Assembly (NCBI GenBank): GCA_900617105.1
Contig: UYFQ01000660.1
Location: forward strand, 1 to 58,793
Source of the DNA: Hydrurus foetidus
Lineage: Eukaryota
Direction: 5' to 3'
DNA length: 58,793 nucleotides
Shown: positions 1 to 11,600 of the stretch, piece by piece
Layout of the letters: each line of letters begins with the position of its first letter
How positions within the stretch are numbered: position 1 is the first letter of the stretch
The notes under the pieces: generated by a model
What the model saw: the letters and a program-made list of their open reading frames with translations, nothing else
Told to the model about the DNA's origin: nothing
The model's database searches: none
Translations under genes and position numbers: made by a program

Positions 1-302
1 CGGACACGTAGTGTCCGAAGGACACTTGTGGCCGTTCCTCCATTAAACTACGGATTACTCCCTTATTTCGTGTACGATCTCGTAGATTAAGGATTTTGGT
101 TTGTGAAAATCAATTTTTTTTTTAATTTTTCGGAAAAAAATCTGCCAAAATCACTGTTTTTAGAGATTTACGACACATAGTTGTGATCAAAACTTTTAAA
201 AATACGAAAGTAGACAGTAGGAGGTCGGAGGACGACATGATCCAATATTCATCTGTAAAGAAAGGAGGATAAAAATATTAGATAACAGTGTAATGCATAA
301 GA

Positions 303-862
303 GAAGGTAAGATTAACATATTAGATGACACTTACATACATATCAGATGACACTTACATACATATCAGATGACACTTACATACATATCAGAAGGTGGGAT
401 GAACATATTAGATGACACTTACATACATATCAGAAGGTGGGATGAACATATTAGATGACACTTACATACATATCAGAAGGTGGGATGAACATATCAGATG
501 ACACTTACATACATATCAGATGACACTTACATACATATCAGATGACACTTACATACATATCAGAAGGTGGGATGAACATATTAGATGACACTTACATACA
601 TATCAGAAGGTGGGATGAACATATCAGATGACACTTACATACATATCAGATGACACTTACATACATATCAGATGACACTTACATACATATCAGAAGGTGG
701 TATGAACATATTAGATGACACTTACATACATATCAGAAGGTGGGATGAACATATCAGATGACACTTACATACATATCAGAAGGTGGTATGAACATATTAG
801 ATGACACTTACATACATATCAGAAGGTGGGATGAACATATTAGATGACACTTACATACATAT
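303..862. repeat. Composite minisatellite of two related units: A=GATGACACTTACATACATATCA (22 bp) and B=GAAGGTGGGATGAACATATTA (21 bp)
   Basis: Read directly; order approximately B AAA B A B A B AAA B A B AAA B A B A B A B A, with near-identical units and no unique spacers. Confidence 0.95.
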
Positions 863-1750
863 AAAGTAATTAGAACGCATTTAGTTACACTTTACTTCAA
901 TTAATTTACCGTGATGTTAGCCATTGTAGTCTTTGCATTGTCCATAACTAAAAAATGACCGCTATTCCAGTCGTAAAACCCTGAGTTTTAAATTTTGGCA
1001 GCATTTAGGTACTCGTGCAATAAAGTATTCGAATTATATTGGAAGAGGGGCAGGATTTCAACATCAAGAAGTTATTGAAGGATGAACCCACCGTGATATG
1101 GGCAAGCAGAGTCTTGTCACCTCTAGAAACGATGATTGTCGTCACGTTGATCAAACTTCCGCTCAATCCCCCTCTCAAAACGTGCCTATATTTCAAATTT
1201 GGGCAGAGGTCAGATACGAAAGCTAACTTGTTCTGAAATAAATGCATGGGGTGCGTGACAAAATGTTGTCAGCGACCCACTCACCGTGAGTATCATAATT
1301 TACACAATGGACACTGTCAACCAACCGCTGACAGTTCGCTTGAATGCGATTTAGAACCCTAGAATCCGAATCAAAAGAAAAGTGGCTTCGTTAGAAATGC
1401 TTGTGGCGTTAGGATTCGTGTGAAGGATAGACATTTCAAACTTTACCGTCGATATCACCGCTGCGTCGATTTGCGATCTGTGCAGTTGACTGTGTTTGCT
1501 CCGATTTCGAGGCACCGTCAACAATCGATACCAGAATACTCCTACAAAATTTCACCCTCAACGATTGCTTCCCTGGATTGTTATTGGTGATGAGATGACA
1601 TCGTGTTAGTAATCTGGCGAGGGAGACCATCTCACAAACCTCTGATCTGACATCTGATCTCATGTAAAATGGCATCTGATAATTACCAATCGAGCATCTG
1701 ATTCCTACGGACAGTCCAAGTTCCAAGTGTCCGTCGAAAGACCGTTTTTA

Positions 1751-2149
1751 TAGAGTGGAGGACCTATTGTCTCTTAAATTCGAATTAAGCCCCAATTTTT
1801 TCCAAAGTTTTAACGGAAATGGACCTAAAACCGTACTGAAAACGTACCGGAAACGGCTTAATTACGCCGTATCGGCCAAATACGGTATAATAAGCCTGCG
1901 TACGGGAATTTTTTTACCGAAATGAACTAAAAACCGTACACTGATCTTAATTAAGCACCGTTTTATTTTGGTGGTTTAGACCCCCTTAGTTTAGGACCTT
2001 TCCGGTTGTCAAATGGAACTTTTAGATAGCTTAGAATTTTCTTCAGACCAGGGCGTGTTCAAAAACAACCTCAGAAGTAAAGTGCACTAAAAACTCCGTA
2101 TGCTGGAATTAATCCTGGAGAGGTGCGCTTAAATAGGTCCCCCACTCTA
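1751..2149. mobile_element. Putative MITE / non-autonomous DNA transposon (399 bp)
   Basis: 18-bp terminal inverted repeats TAGAGTGGAGGACCTATT (1751-1768) and AATAGGTCCCCCACTCTA (2132-2149), 17/18 match. Non-coding interior with a repeated motif GAAATG(G/A)AC..AAAACCGTAC at about 1816 and 1919 and a weaker inverted copy near 1990-2008. The terminal TA could be a TA TSD; no 8-bp TSD seen. Confidence 0.65.
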
Positions 2150-2308
2150 GATAAAATATAAAATACTGGCTAGTGTATACCGGAGACCGGAGGACGGTAT
2201 ACCGTCTTCCTACTGAAGAAGAACTTCTCTAAACACACGTTTCCCAACCAACCCATACACAACCATTGCATAATTGGGACTGGAAATAAGTTATATTCGA
2301 GAAGTACG

Positions 2309-3149
2309 ATGAGCGCCTTTGGAACAGCCGTCCGCCTCGCGGCAAAGAGCAGATTTATTGGAGGAAGTGCTGCTCGAGGTTTCCTGACTACATCCAGAAA
2401 CTCTCCCGTTATCCACAGTTTGAATATCGGCTTTTCGAAGAATGAGCGAAGACAGATGAGCAATGGCGCGCTAACGAAATTAGCAGAAGCTTTTAAGAAT
2501 GAGATCGCGAGCGACAAAGAGAGCAAACCTGATGAAGCCTTTGTAAAGATGGTGGCTAAAATCTCGAAGACATTCAAAATATCAGATGACGCTGGAAAAG
2601 GTATCTTGGGATCGTGATCGCTATTGTTAAATTCGTACAATTGTTTTAATATTGTGAACATGGCATCGTTCGTATCTAGGCACCGTGGTGCTGTCAAGGC
2701 AGTACAAAAACGAATCCATTGAAATAGTTTTCGACTGTCAAGATGAAGCTGAAGCCGACCTGCCGGAGGAAGATGAAGAGGAAGAGGAAAAAGAGGAGGA
2801 GGATGATGAAGAAGAGGAGGAGGAGCCGGAACGAGGTATCAATTTTAAGGTCATTATAACGAAGCCAACTGGAGAGAAAATGATTCTTCAGTGTGCTGCA
2901 TTCGATACGATTGATATCAGCGGAGTCCGTTACGTTTCATCAGAAAATGATATCAAAGACACAACTTTGTATTCTGGCCCAGTATTCGAGCATCTAGATG
3001 ACGAACTTCGAAACGCTTTTTTCTCGTATTTGGAGGATAGAGGCATTAATGACGAAGTGTCCGTTTTCATCAACTATTATTCCGCTGAGAAAGAGCAGAA
3101 TGAGTATGCATACTGGCTCCATCAATTATCAAAATTCACCAACGAATAA
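2309..3149 (+). CDS. MAM33: Mitochondrial glycoprotein, MAM33/C1QBP family; exons 2309-2600 and 2680-3149
   Basis: A GT-AG intron at 2601-2679 joins the two ORFs in frame (DDAGKG-TVVLSR). Arg/Ser-rich mitochondrial presequence, AFKNEIASD helix, acidic tract, and C-terminal YSGPVFEHLDDELRNAFFSYLEDRGIN...KEQNEYAYWL typical of MAM33. Confidence 0.9.
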
Positions 3150-3233
3150 TGTCTGTCGCACTGATTGACTTATTAAGTAAGAATACAGAAACTTTCTCAT
3201 CATCAGTAACAAGTGAAGTAATGTCGCATTGGA

Positions 3234-4325
3234 TCAATCGAAAGAAGGAGGCGCTAATTTACTTGCTCGCGAAGTCGCCTCATATATTGTATCCAATTGT
3301 GGTACAGCTGAGTTGCTCACAGCAATCAGACCGCACAAATTTGAGTAAGGCTGGACTGCTTCAACATTTGTAGCAGACCGTACTTCACCTTTCTTAATGG
3401 AGCCCTTATCTGCACAATTGAAAGGTGTCAAATTTGCAACCCCCGGCTCGAAATCCAGATTGACGTCTGATTTCAGATAAGTGTAACTAGCAAGCTCTTT
3501 ACTCTTCATAAATGTCGTCAGCTTCGAAAGTTTCCCGCCATAAGCTTCGATAACGGCCTGAGCACCGGAAGTGTCCCATCGACTGACACCTCTGTCCTGA
3601 ATATATGCTGTACCTTTCCCTTCGAGTAACATTAGCATCTTGTTTCCCGCCCCTCCGGCAGGGACTCTTTCGTAGTCCAGTTCCTCGATAAGTTTCGCGA
3701 TAAAAGAAGATATTCCACCATTGGAGGTGAGAAGCCCTCTCGTGTTTAGAGCAGGTGCCATGTCAAGGTTGCTCGCAGTAAATTGCTCTGATAAAGCCCC
3801 CGCAGCCCACGTAGGAGGATGAGTTAATGGTCGATAGACAAGGCCAGCCACAGGTTCCCCAGCAATGCACGAGAAGCCAATGCACACGCTGCACTGCTCA
3901 CCTAAGCTTGTCGAGAATTCTCTCGTGCCATCAATCGGATCAATAAATATAGTAATATCTTTGTAATCTTGAGAGTTAATTTCAGTTGCAAGAGAGTTTA
4001 TAGAAGTCACGACACTTTCGATGGCTTCATTAAACTCCTCTGGTACCGTCAAATTATCGACAGTGAAAGGACGTTTTATGATATTTACGAGGCAGCCATC
4101 CTCTTCGCCCACTACGTCTCTAAATTTAGAACCAGTAAAAAGGTGATTGATCAGCAAGTGCTGGACTATTCCATCAGCGATTGTGAACACCGATGCATCA
4201 GCTTTCAGCTTCGATGTATTACTGTTAATGGCGGTGTAGAATGATGATATTACAGGTGCCATGATATCGCAGGCCTTTCTGGAGACCACACAAAGTGCAC
4301 TAAGACTCGTTTGAGACTTCGACAT
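3234..4325 (-). CDS. Inositol monophosphatase superfamily, 3'(2'),5'-bisphosphate nucleotidase (BPNT1-like)
   Basis: Motifs TIADG..Q, VVGEED, FIDPIDGTREF, GGAGNK, SRWDTSGAQAVIEAYGG. First ATG at 4325; the frame stays open without an ATG to 4409. Confidence 0.88.
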   Translation of the reverse strand: MSKSQTSLSALCVVSRKACDIMAPVISSFYTAINSNTSKLKADASVFTIADGIVQHLLINHLFTGSKFRDVVGEEDGCLVNIIKRPFTVDNLTVPEEFNEAIESVVTSINSLATEINSQDYKDITIFIDPIDGTREFSTSLGEQCSVCIGFSCIAGEPVAGLVYRPLTHPPTWAAGALSEQFTASNLDMAPALNTRGLLTSNGGISSFIAKLIEELDYERVPAGGAGNKMLMLLEGKGTAYIQDRGVSRWDTSGAQAVIEAYGGKLSKLTTFMKSKELASYTYLKSDVNLDFEPGVANLTPFNCADKGSIKKGEVRSATNVEAVQPYSNLCGLIAVSNSAVPQLDTIYEATSRASKLAPPSFD

Positions 4326-4835
4326 CTGGTTAATTATTGTTGCTGCTCTTGTGAAGGCGAATACCGCCAGGAATGTAACTTTTGAAAGCAGAATTCTCGA
4401 CGACCTCACTTATCCAATCAGTTTTCTAGTGATTTCAAATTACAAATGGCAGGTTTGATTAAAGTCGCTGCAGATATCTGATATCTGATATCTGCAGATT
4501 AAGCTTCAGAATGTTGCTGGGCTGCTGGGCTGAATATTTTGGAAGGACTGTGTTGTGAAAACCGGATAGAATCTCATCAGACTGAAGACTGAAGCGTTTC
4601 AGGCAGCAACTAACTGTGCAATACACCAGACACACCATGAAAAACGAGTTGACTGGAACTCAACTGCCTTCGTTGGTGTCTTCACTTTACACAGCGCCGA
4701 GTTTAGCTAATCCCCCTTTGCCAATTTCCGGGGCTGCTCATGCACGACGGCTGCTTTCGTTTGCTGGGATCCAGAATTTGTGCTCCACTTTAAACAACTT
4801 CATTTTTGACTGAAACAAATTTCCAACCTGACAAT

Positions 4836-6596
4836 ATGGAGAAGGAAGGCAGATCATTAACTCGAATTGAGGCGGAGCGCATCATTTCAATTGTGGAGGA
4901 TACAACTGAAAAATTAGAATTTCTTGATAGGTCGCGAAACATCTGTCAGAATTACTTGCAAACCTTGTTTCTTACATCGACGATTCCGTCATTTTTATCA
5001 AAGTACAACAATGCAGATGTTATTTCTCACTGCCCTATGCCCACTGCACTTTAGCATAACACCGGATCTCCTCCAACATCGTGATGAGCTATCGAAATTC
5101 ATCGGTGATGAGATTGCGAGGACTATGGTCGAACAGAAGAGTCTTGAGAGGAGATATGAAGAGTTGATCGAACAGCGAGCCGCCATGAAAGGTGACTTTG
5201 AAAACCATTGAATTTCAGCACAATCAATTACAAAACAGAAATTACTCTAAATCAAGCAGGAATGGTCAATAAGAACAAATACAAGGAAGTGCAGGAAGAA
5301 ATTCAGGACGTCAGTCGCTCATTAAGAGAGTCTACGAACAATTTAGTTCGGAATCTAAAAGAGAATCCCAATGTCTCAGGTGTGTTGGGAAAGTTTTCGA
5401 AAAATAACTGAGTGCGCTGATTCTTCCATTCTTCTTTTCAGGAAATCTTATAAAGGTGCAGAGGGACCGCATGGAGCTGCACGATCTTCTAACGCGCTGT
5501 GGTCAGGAACTACGCGACAGGGCATCCTATCAAGTGAGTATAAGACATTTCCTGTATACATGCAAACCTTGCGATTGCTCTCAAGTCTTCTATCGTGTGG
5601 TTGGCTACATCAAACTTTTAGCTCCATCTGAGGTTCCCGACTATTCATTTTGTTGTATCTGATCATTCAGAACATATTTCACTCGTTATCACAGACTATC
5701 TCTATAAAAGTTGAAGAGGAAAAAACTGCCCGGCTTCGTCTCATTCATTTAAAATCCAAAGAGAGTGAATCTTTAGCTATTCTGGCTGGGCTGCAGGAAG
5801 ATTTAACGGAGCAGCAAAGAACGTACTCACACATCACAGCGCAGCAGGTGCGTCAGTGAGGTGTTATTATGATACTATCACGACACAACCCTTCGTCAAG
5901 TCTTCTGTACCTGCTTTGATAGAGGCGTAAATGTTGTGACAAGAAGTTGTTCGAAAAGTGGAGAGCTCGTTGCGACTGATTGACGAATTGTATCCTCTAT
6001 TATTGTAGAAAGCTGCGATCAGTCACTTGAAGACTGAACTGAACTCGATAAAAGGGAGCACATCTACTGACTCTCGATTCAAGAAGAAAGAAAGTCTCGC
6101 TACTGTAGCATCAATTTACAGGGACTTTAAATTAAAAGAAAGGGTGTTAGAGACGAAGTTGGCCGAATTGGAGGATAGATTACGTACAGAAATAGTTGTA
6201 CATACAGAAACGAAAAATTTCTTGTCTCGCAAGCAAGTGAGTTTAACTGATGGCGCAAATAGCTGGCAAATAAAGCACGAGAAAGAGATTTGCTTCAAAG
6301 ATGAGGACATTAAAACAACCGTTACACTTCGAAAAAATCTACTAGGAAGGTTGTACGTACTACAGAACAGAAAAAACATCGAAATAATTGCAGACTCAAA
6401 GGAGAAAGAGTTATCGAGACAACAGGAAGAGGAAAAAGAAGAAAAGAGAAACCTTCTGAAACGACAGAATAGAGCTGCAAGAGCAATCGTTTCTGAAATG
6501 CGTGCGTACTTGAAATATAAAAAAGAAATTGAAATTTTAAAAGGAATAGCAAAAAAAGAAAAAAAATCCGTGAGTAGTAAGAAAACGAAAAAATAG
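4836..6596 (+). CDS. IQCG: Dynein regulatory complex subunit 9 (IQCG-like); exons 4836-4930, 5055-5191, 5260-5379, 5442-5533, 5695-5847, 6009-6596
   Basis: Five GT-AG introns give one continuous frame. Segments IVEDTTEKLEFLDSITP, LIKVQRDR...ELRDRASY and VHTETKNFLSRKQ...W..KHEKE resemble IQCG/DRC9 from memory. Coiled coil, degenerate IQ motif (AARAIVSEMRAY) and Lys-rich tail. The paralog IQCD/DRC10 fits less well. Confidence 0.78.
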
Positions 6597-7309
6597 TTCA
6601 CAATAAATCTTGTAAGCAATAAAGATGCGTGGCAAATGTCAACGTCCTAGAAAAGACAAGTGAGTTTGATGGCACGGAATGATTGCAGCATCCTTTATGC
6701 CGTGTTTACCGGATTACACGATAATGTTTGTTACTTGTCTGAATCGTACCAGACCCAGTTAGACCTTCAGAAATTGACATTTTATCTCATTTAATATTCA
6801 ATTGTTGCTACATGGCATGATAAAGTTCGGACATCTTTTGTTTCAAGAAATCTAATACTTAATAATTCCAACAGTAGTGTGGGCTTGTATCAAGGCTGAC
6901 TAGACAATATTGAAATCATACTAACAGTATCATCCCACAGTGAACTGCAGATCCAGCATGAGTGCGCTCAAACTGTGTGGTTGAAAAGAACTACAGTGCT
7001 TCTCAGACATCATTAGCGCATGGACAAGTCTGTCGGAGCTGTTCGTGACACCAAATCTTTTTCTCATCCTGATGAGAGCGTGCGGACGATATTCAAACTC
7101 GGAGAAATAGCCATCCGTCAGTTGATGAGTAACACAATTAATTGCAATTTTTTATCTCAGAGTCGAAATGATCAGTGCGAATCAAGAAGAACCTTCCCTG
7201 GGAAACCAATGCAAAGTTCTGCTTGGTCATTGCTCGTGACAGCCTCTGGGGCTGAGTTGCTCTCTTGTCCGAAATGCTTACAAATGCCAATCGGCTACAT
7301 CTTCCTTCT

Positions 7310-8299
7310 TCAAGTTCCTACGACTTCCTGCTTCGGTTTAATCATCAATTTGTCGGTAAAACTGTTCTGCACTTGTTCGAAGTCTACTTTCCTACGACAC
7401 GATCTGTGAATGGAGTAGTCTCCAAATTGATAGTCAAAGACGCATTTCTTGCTTGGTACGCACTCCATTAGTGGGATGGAAAAAGAGCATTCCGAATCTG
7501 AGGGCGGAGCATTATCCTTGATTCTCATTGCTACGGTGGAAATGAGAGATCCGACTGATTTCTTGACATGCTGAGTAGCTCTCACAGCCCATGCTGCTTC
7601 TATCCGCGATGGATCGCAGAGCGCATTGATTTCGCTCTCTGGGATTGATCGACACATTCTAGAAAGAGAGTAGTCACCGAGTTGAGGTTTAAACTCACAG
7701 CTGCAGGCCGGAGCACACTTTCCAACGATAAGATCGAATTGGCAGGTATCATCAGAGCTAGAGACAGAATCAAACAGCCTCTCTTTGGCTGACTCGTACA
7801 TCAACTCTAGTAAGGAGAGGTCACTCATGTCAGGTTTCAAATTGCCGACATTAAACATGCTCTCCAACTGCTCCAATCGCTCCAACTTTAATGCTATCTC
7901 TTCCTTTTGAGGGCGACAGTCACAGACTGATTTATCTTCCCCAGACATGGTTATCACAGGAGAGAAAACTGAACGATCCCTCTCATCTTCGGTGATTTCT
8001 GGTGCCTCCTCAACAGGAGTAGCCATGACCACAGGAGGACTTTCGTCCACAGTCGACGTCGTCGTAGCAGTCGAATTTACGTGATCTCCTTCGTCTATTA
8101 TGATTTCTGGTATATTCTCCACATGCGTTGCTGCGATCACCGTAGGTATTTCTTCAGTAATCAACGTTGTCGCAGGAGTCGAGTACAAATAATCTCCCTC
8201 ATGTAAGATAACTTCTGGCGTATCCTCAAGAGAAGTAGCTTCGACGGTCGATAAAGCCAAAATAAGACAAATTACAACGCATGTAATCACGCGAGCCAT
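7310..8299 (-). CDS. Hypothetical secreted protein with three approx. 36-aa acidic Thr-rich repeats and two 32-aa Cys-rich repeats
   Basis: Intronless ORF, ATG at 8299, signal peptide MARVITCVVICLILALSTVEA; internal repeats visible in the translation. Confidence 0.8.
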   Translation of the reverse strand: MARVITCVVICLILALSTVEATSLEDTPEVILHEGDYLYSTPATTLITEEIPTVIAATHVENIPEIIIDEGDHVNSTATTTSTVDESPPVVMATPVEEAPEITEDERDRSVFSPVITMSGEDKSVCDCRPQKEEIALKLERLEQLESMFNVGNLKPDMSDLSLLELMYESAKERLFDSVSSSDDTCQFDLIVGKCAPACSCEFKPQLGDYSLSRMCRSIPESEINALCDPSRIEAAWAVRATQHVKKSVGSLISTVAMRIKDNAPPSDSECSFSIPLMECVPSKKCVFDYQFGDYSIHRSCRRKVDFEQVQNSFTDKLMIKPKQEVVGT

Positions 8300-8686
8300 T
8301 GCTGCCACGCGCTCTCGTTTTCAGTCACTGATATGATATCGCTGGTGTGAATTTGAAAGATTATAGTGAAGCGGATGAGACTGTAGACAGTCAAGTTAAG
8401 TTCAAGTGCTCATCGTTGGAGAGGGTCTGCGCCTGTGTTCGGTAGGAAACGGTAGGAAACGGCAAAATCTAATTTGTTAGCAGCTGGACAGACATGGCCA
8501 ACAGTCTTCTTGCTTCTTGCATGGATGGCATCACAGATCACAGTGACATAAATTTCTCTTCAAGTTGCACGTGAAGGAGCATTTTTCTATGATCTATTCT
8601 AGTATGATTTACACAGATTAGTCAAATCTTTCGAAAACAAACTCTTTGAACAGAAAGAACAGCTTCATTGGCCGACAGACCATAGT

Positions 8687-11600
8687 ATGAGAAACTTCTC
8701 CGTTACTGTGTTGGCCTTCGTGCTCGGCATCGAGAGCGTACAATGTTATCTGAACTCAATGCTTAAGAGGTAATCTATCCAGATGACGCTTTGACACGAA
8801 GATGCAGTACGTGATGTCGAAGACATGCATCAGTGACCAAATGCCTGTCCCTTCTTCTGAAGATCAGCACAGTACTTGTTTATCAGCGTACCTTGTTATG
8901 AAGTCTGTTCTATGCCCTATCTTGGAACAAAGTGGCAGCAATTTCAAGCTCAGGACTTAACCAGCAGAAAGAGTGACTTCTTCTGAACCGTCAGGCAACT
9001 CTCATGCATATTTTCTTGGATTATTATCTGATGACAGGCGCAGACATATGCAACCACTTCACGCTGGACCTGCAATGACGAGCTGGAGCTACAAAACAGT
9101 GCCGGAGGATTTCATTGTAAGGAACCTTACGACTGATTGTATTACTGCAAACATGGTTTCATCAGTATTTGATTCAGAATAAAATAAAAGTTGGTACCAT
9201 TTACAGAGCCTTCTCGATCAACAGTTTCAACCGTAAAGCTCTAGATTGTCACCTCGATCATTAAACCTTGCAGAATCACAATATAATGAAATGCTTTGTT
9301 TGTAAATGCACCATTCATGAAGGTAATTGAAGATCGAGTACTTGAATCTTACGGCCAAAACTTTACGACCCAATCTACCATAACTTCCGATCCAAATGCA
9401 CCGGATGTTGCACAACTAGAACTCGCAGAAGTTCTTGGAGAAGAACAGCTGAACAAAGTACGTATGTACGACTTCACAGAACTTCCTCAATTATGTCTTA
9501 TCTTATACGTAATGAATGAAAGTCTTCACTGTTTGACAGAATCAATATCTATGCTTTGATAGATCAGTGTTAATAGTAAGATTTTCCATCTGACTTAATC
9601 CCCTCACATTTCTTCTGCTCTGCATGTTCCGTGAAGTTGATAACTCTTTCCAAGGCTTCTCAGAGTTCCTGGTCTGGCCTCGAGAGTATAACACTAAAAA
9701 TATTTCCCGGTAAGTTTCACTTTATTTGTTCGTATTTTACGGTGTAATTTTGTTGCCTTCTCATCTTGTTTTCTATAGCATATTGATTATCAAAATGTAC
9801 GTACTTATTTTCGCATCGTATTTTTTCTTTTTTTTTGTCAGCGTTGTCCAAAGAGGAACGCACGAAATTCCATCAGAACGTTCGCAAGATATATCCTACA
9901 GTAGATTCTAAAACGGAATTAAAAGAGGCAAATGAAGAACAAAGAAAAACAACGTATATTCTGATTTACCCTAAGGGAGCTAAATCACTCGTCAATCCTA
10001 ACGATGCAGCAAATGCCGATTATTACGATGATAATAGAAGAGGAGGGAAAAAGAAAGTTGTAGTGCAGAGATGGGATCGAAACAAACCGGATTACTTGCA
10101 TTTTACTGTCATCAAATCTATGTTATCGACATCTGAAATGATGGATAAACTAGCAAAAGCTACCAGTATGTTGCCCACTCGTTTCGAGTTCTGCGGCAGC
10201 AAAGATAAAAGGTGCGCCATTCGTTTTCTCCCTACAAACGAAGTTCAAATTTTATTTTTGAATTTGTCACTCGAGATAGATAAGAGCGCTTGTAGGATTG
10301 ATTTACCTATTTGCCTTTGTTCTGATGCACCAGTATATCGTAATATTCGCAGAGAAAAGATTGAGTGCTATACAGTCGTATCGATGATATCTCAAACCGG
10401 CCAACTGATGATATCATACTTGACTTTTCATACAATAAAACACTGTACAGGACGATTAGTATAAATTTAAAATAAATGAAAACTAAGATGATTTTAGAAT
10501 ACGGTAGTGTTTATCAAAATTATTTCTCCAGTACAAGCAAATGCAATCATTGAAAATATTTAATGAGATGAATTTGCAATTGATCACTATATTGTCTCGT
10601 GTGGTGTGCTGTGATGTTGTGTGCTGTGCTGTGATGTGGTGTTGATGAAAGTAAAGTGCAGTAGGCCAATGCTGATGTGTCCATTTTACTAAATGCAGCT
10701 TGGACCATTGCTTATTATGATCATCGGAAACACAGAGTTGTACCATCATTCGCTTTCAGTGCTTGAACTCTACTTACAGCACAACTACACATCATCCCCC
10801 GCCCCCCCCCCCTCCTCAGTACCTCCCGCACCCTTTTCACTCATCCTCTACTTGTCCTCATGTGAAGGCCTCCTCACATTCTTTCTCTTCGCCCCTCTGC
10901 ACCACTTACCTTTCTTCTCCTCATTATTTTTTTCTTTTTCTTCTACAGAGCCTTGACGTACCAACGTGTGTCCTCCTGGAGAGTAGATCAAGACGTCATC
11001 GCAAGAGTAAGTACGGACTCAATGATCGTACGTGACGTGTGCGTAGCAAGCGCCCCTCTCCACCTAGGAGACTTATCCGGAAATTTCTTCGCGATAACCC
11101 TTCGAAAAGAAAAGCAAGGAAATACCCTTAATTCATTGAACATATTAGAGCATCTTTCTGCCCAAGAAATGCTTTCGTCTTTTGCAGAGGAGGCCAGTCA
11201 TCCTTTTATGAATGTGTTTGGTGTCCAGCGCTTTGGCTCTCCTTTACCGAGCAACCCTGAAGTTGGGAAGAGATTGTTAACTTCTGATTACAAAGGTTTG
11301 CAAATTACGTCTATTACTAGTTAAGTGTTTGTATGTCAAGTGTTCATTTTTGTGATCTAATTACTTATCTATTATCTACACGTATATACTATGCGGTACT
11401 GCTTCGAAGAAATCGAGGATTTCATATCGACAGCATCACCCACTTCATCCATAGATATATAATCTGTCAAGATTATATGACATCAGATAACATTTTATTA
11501 AGCACCTGACACAGTCGTATGCGTATCATCTGACAGACATGTGTATACAATGTTATATACATTCCCAATTCTACCTTTTACTATGTATTATGACAATTGT

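Noticed and set aside
303..862. CRISPR-like repeat array
   Set aside because: Intervening segments are near-identical or absent rather than unique spacers, there are no cas genes, and the context is eukaryotic.
1005..1726. Short ORFs 1005-1247, 1039-1236 and 1436-1726
   Set aside because: No recognisable motifs, mostly non-ATG starts, and no consistent exon chain.
2170..2697. 175-aa minus-strand ORF and similar antisense ORFs over other genes (for example 6116-6619, 21608-22099, 56990-57334)
   Set aside because: Shadow frames of well-supported genes on the opposite strand.
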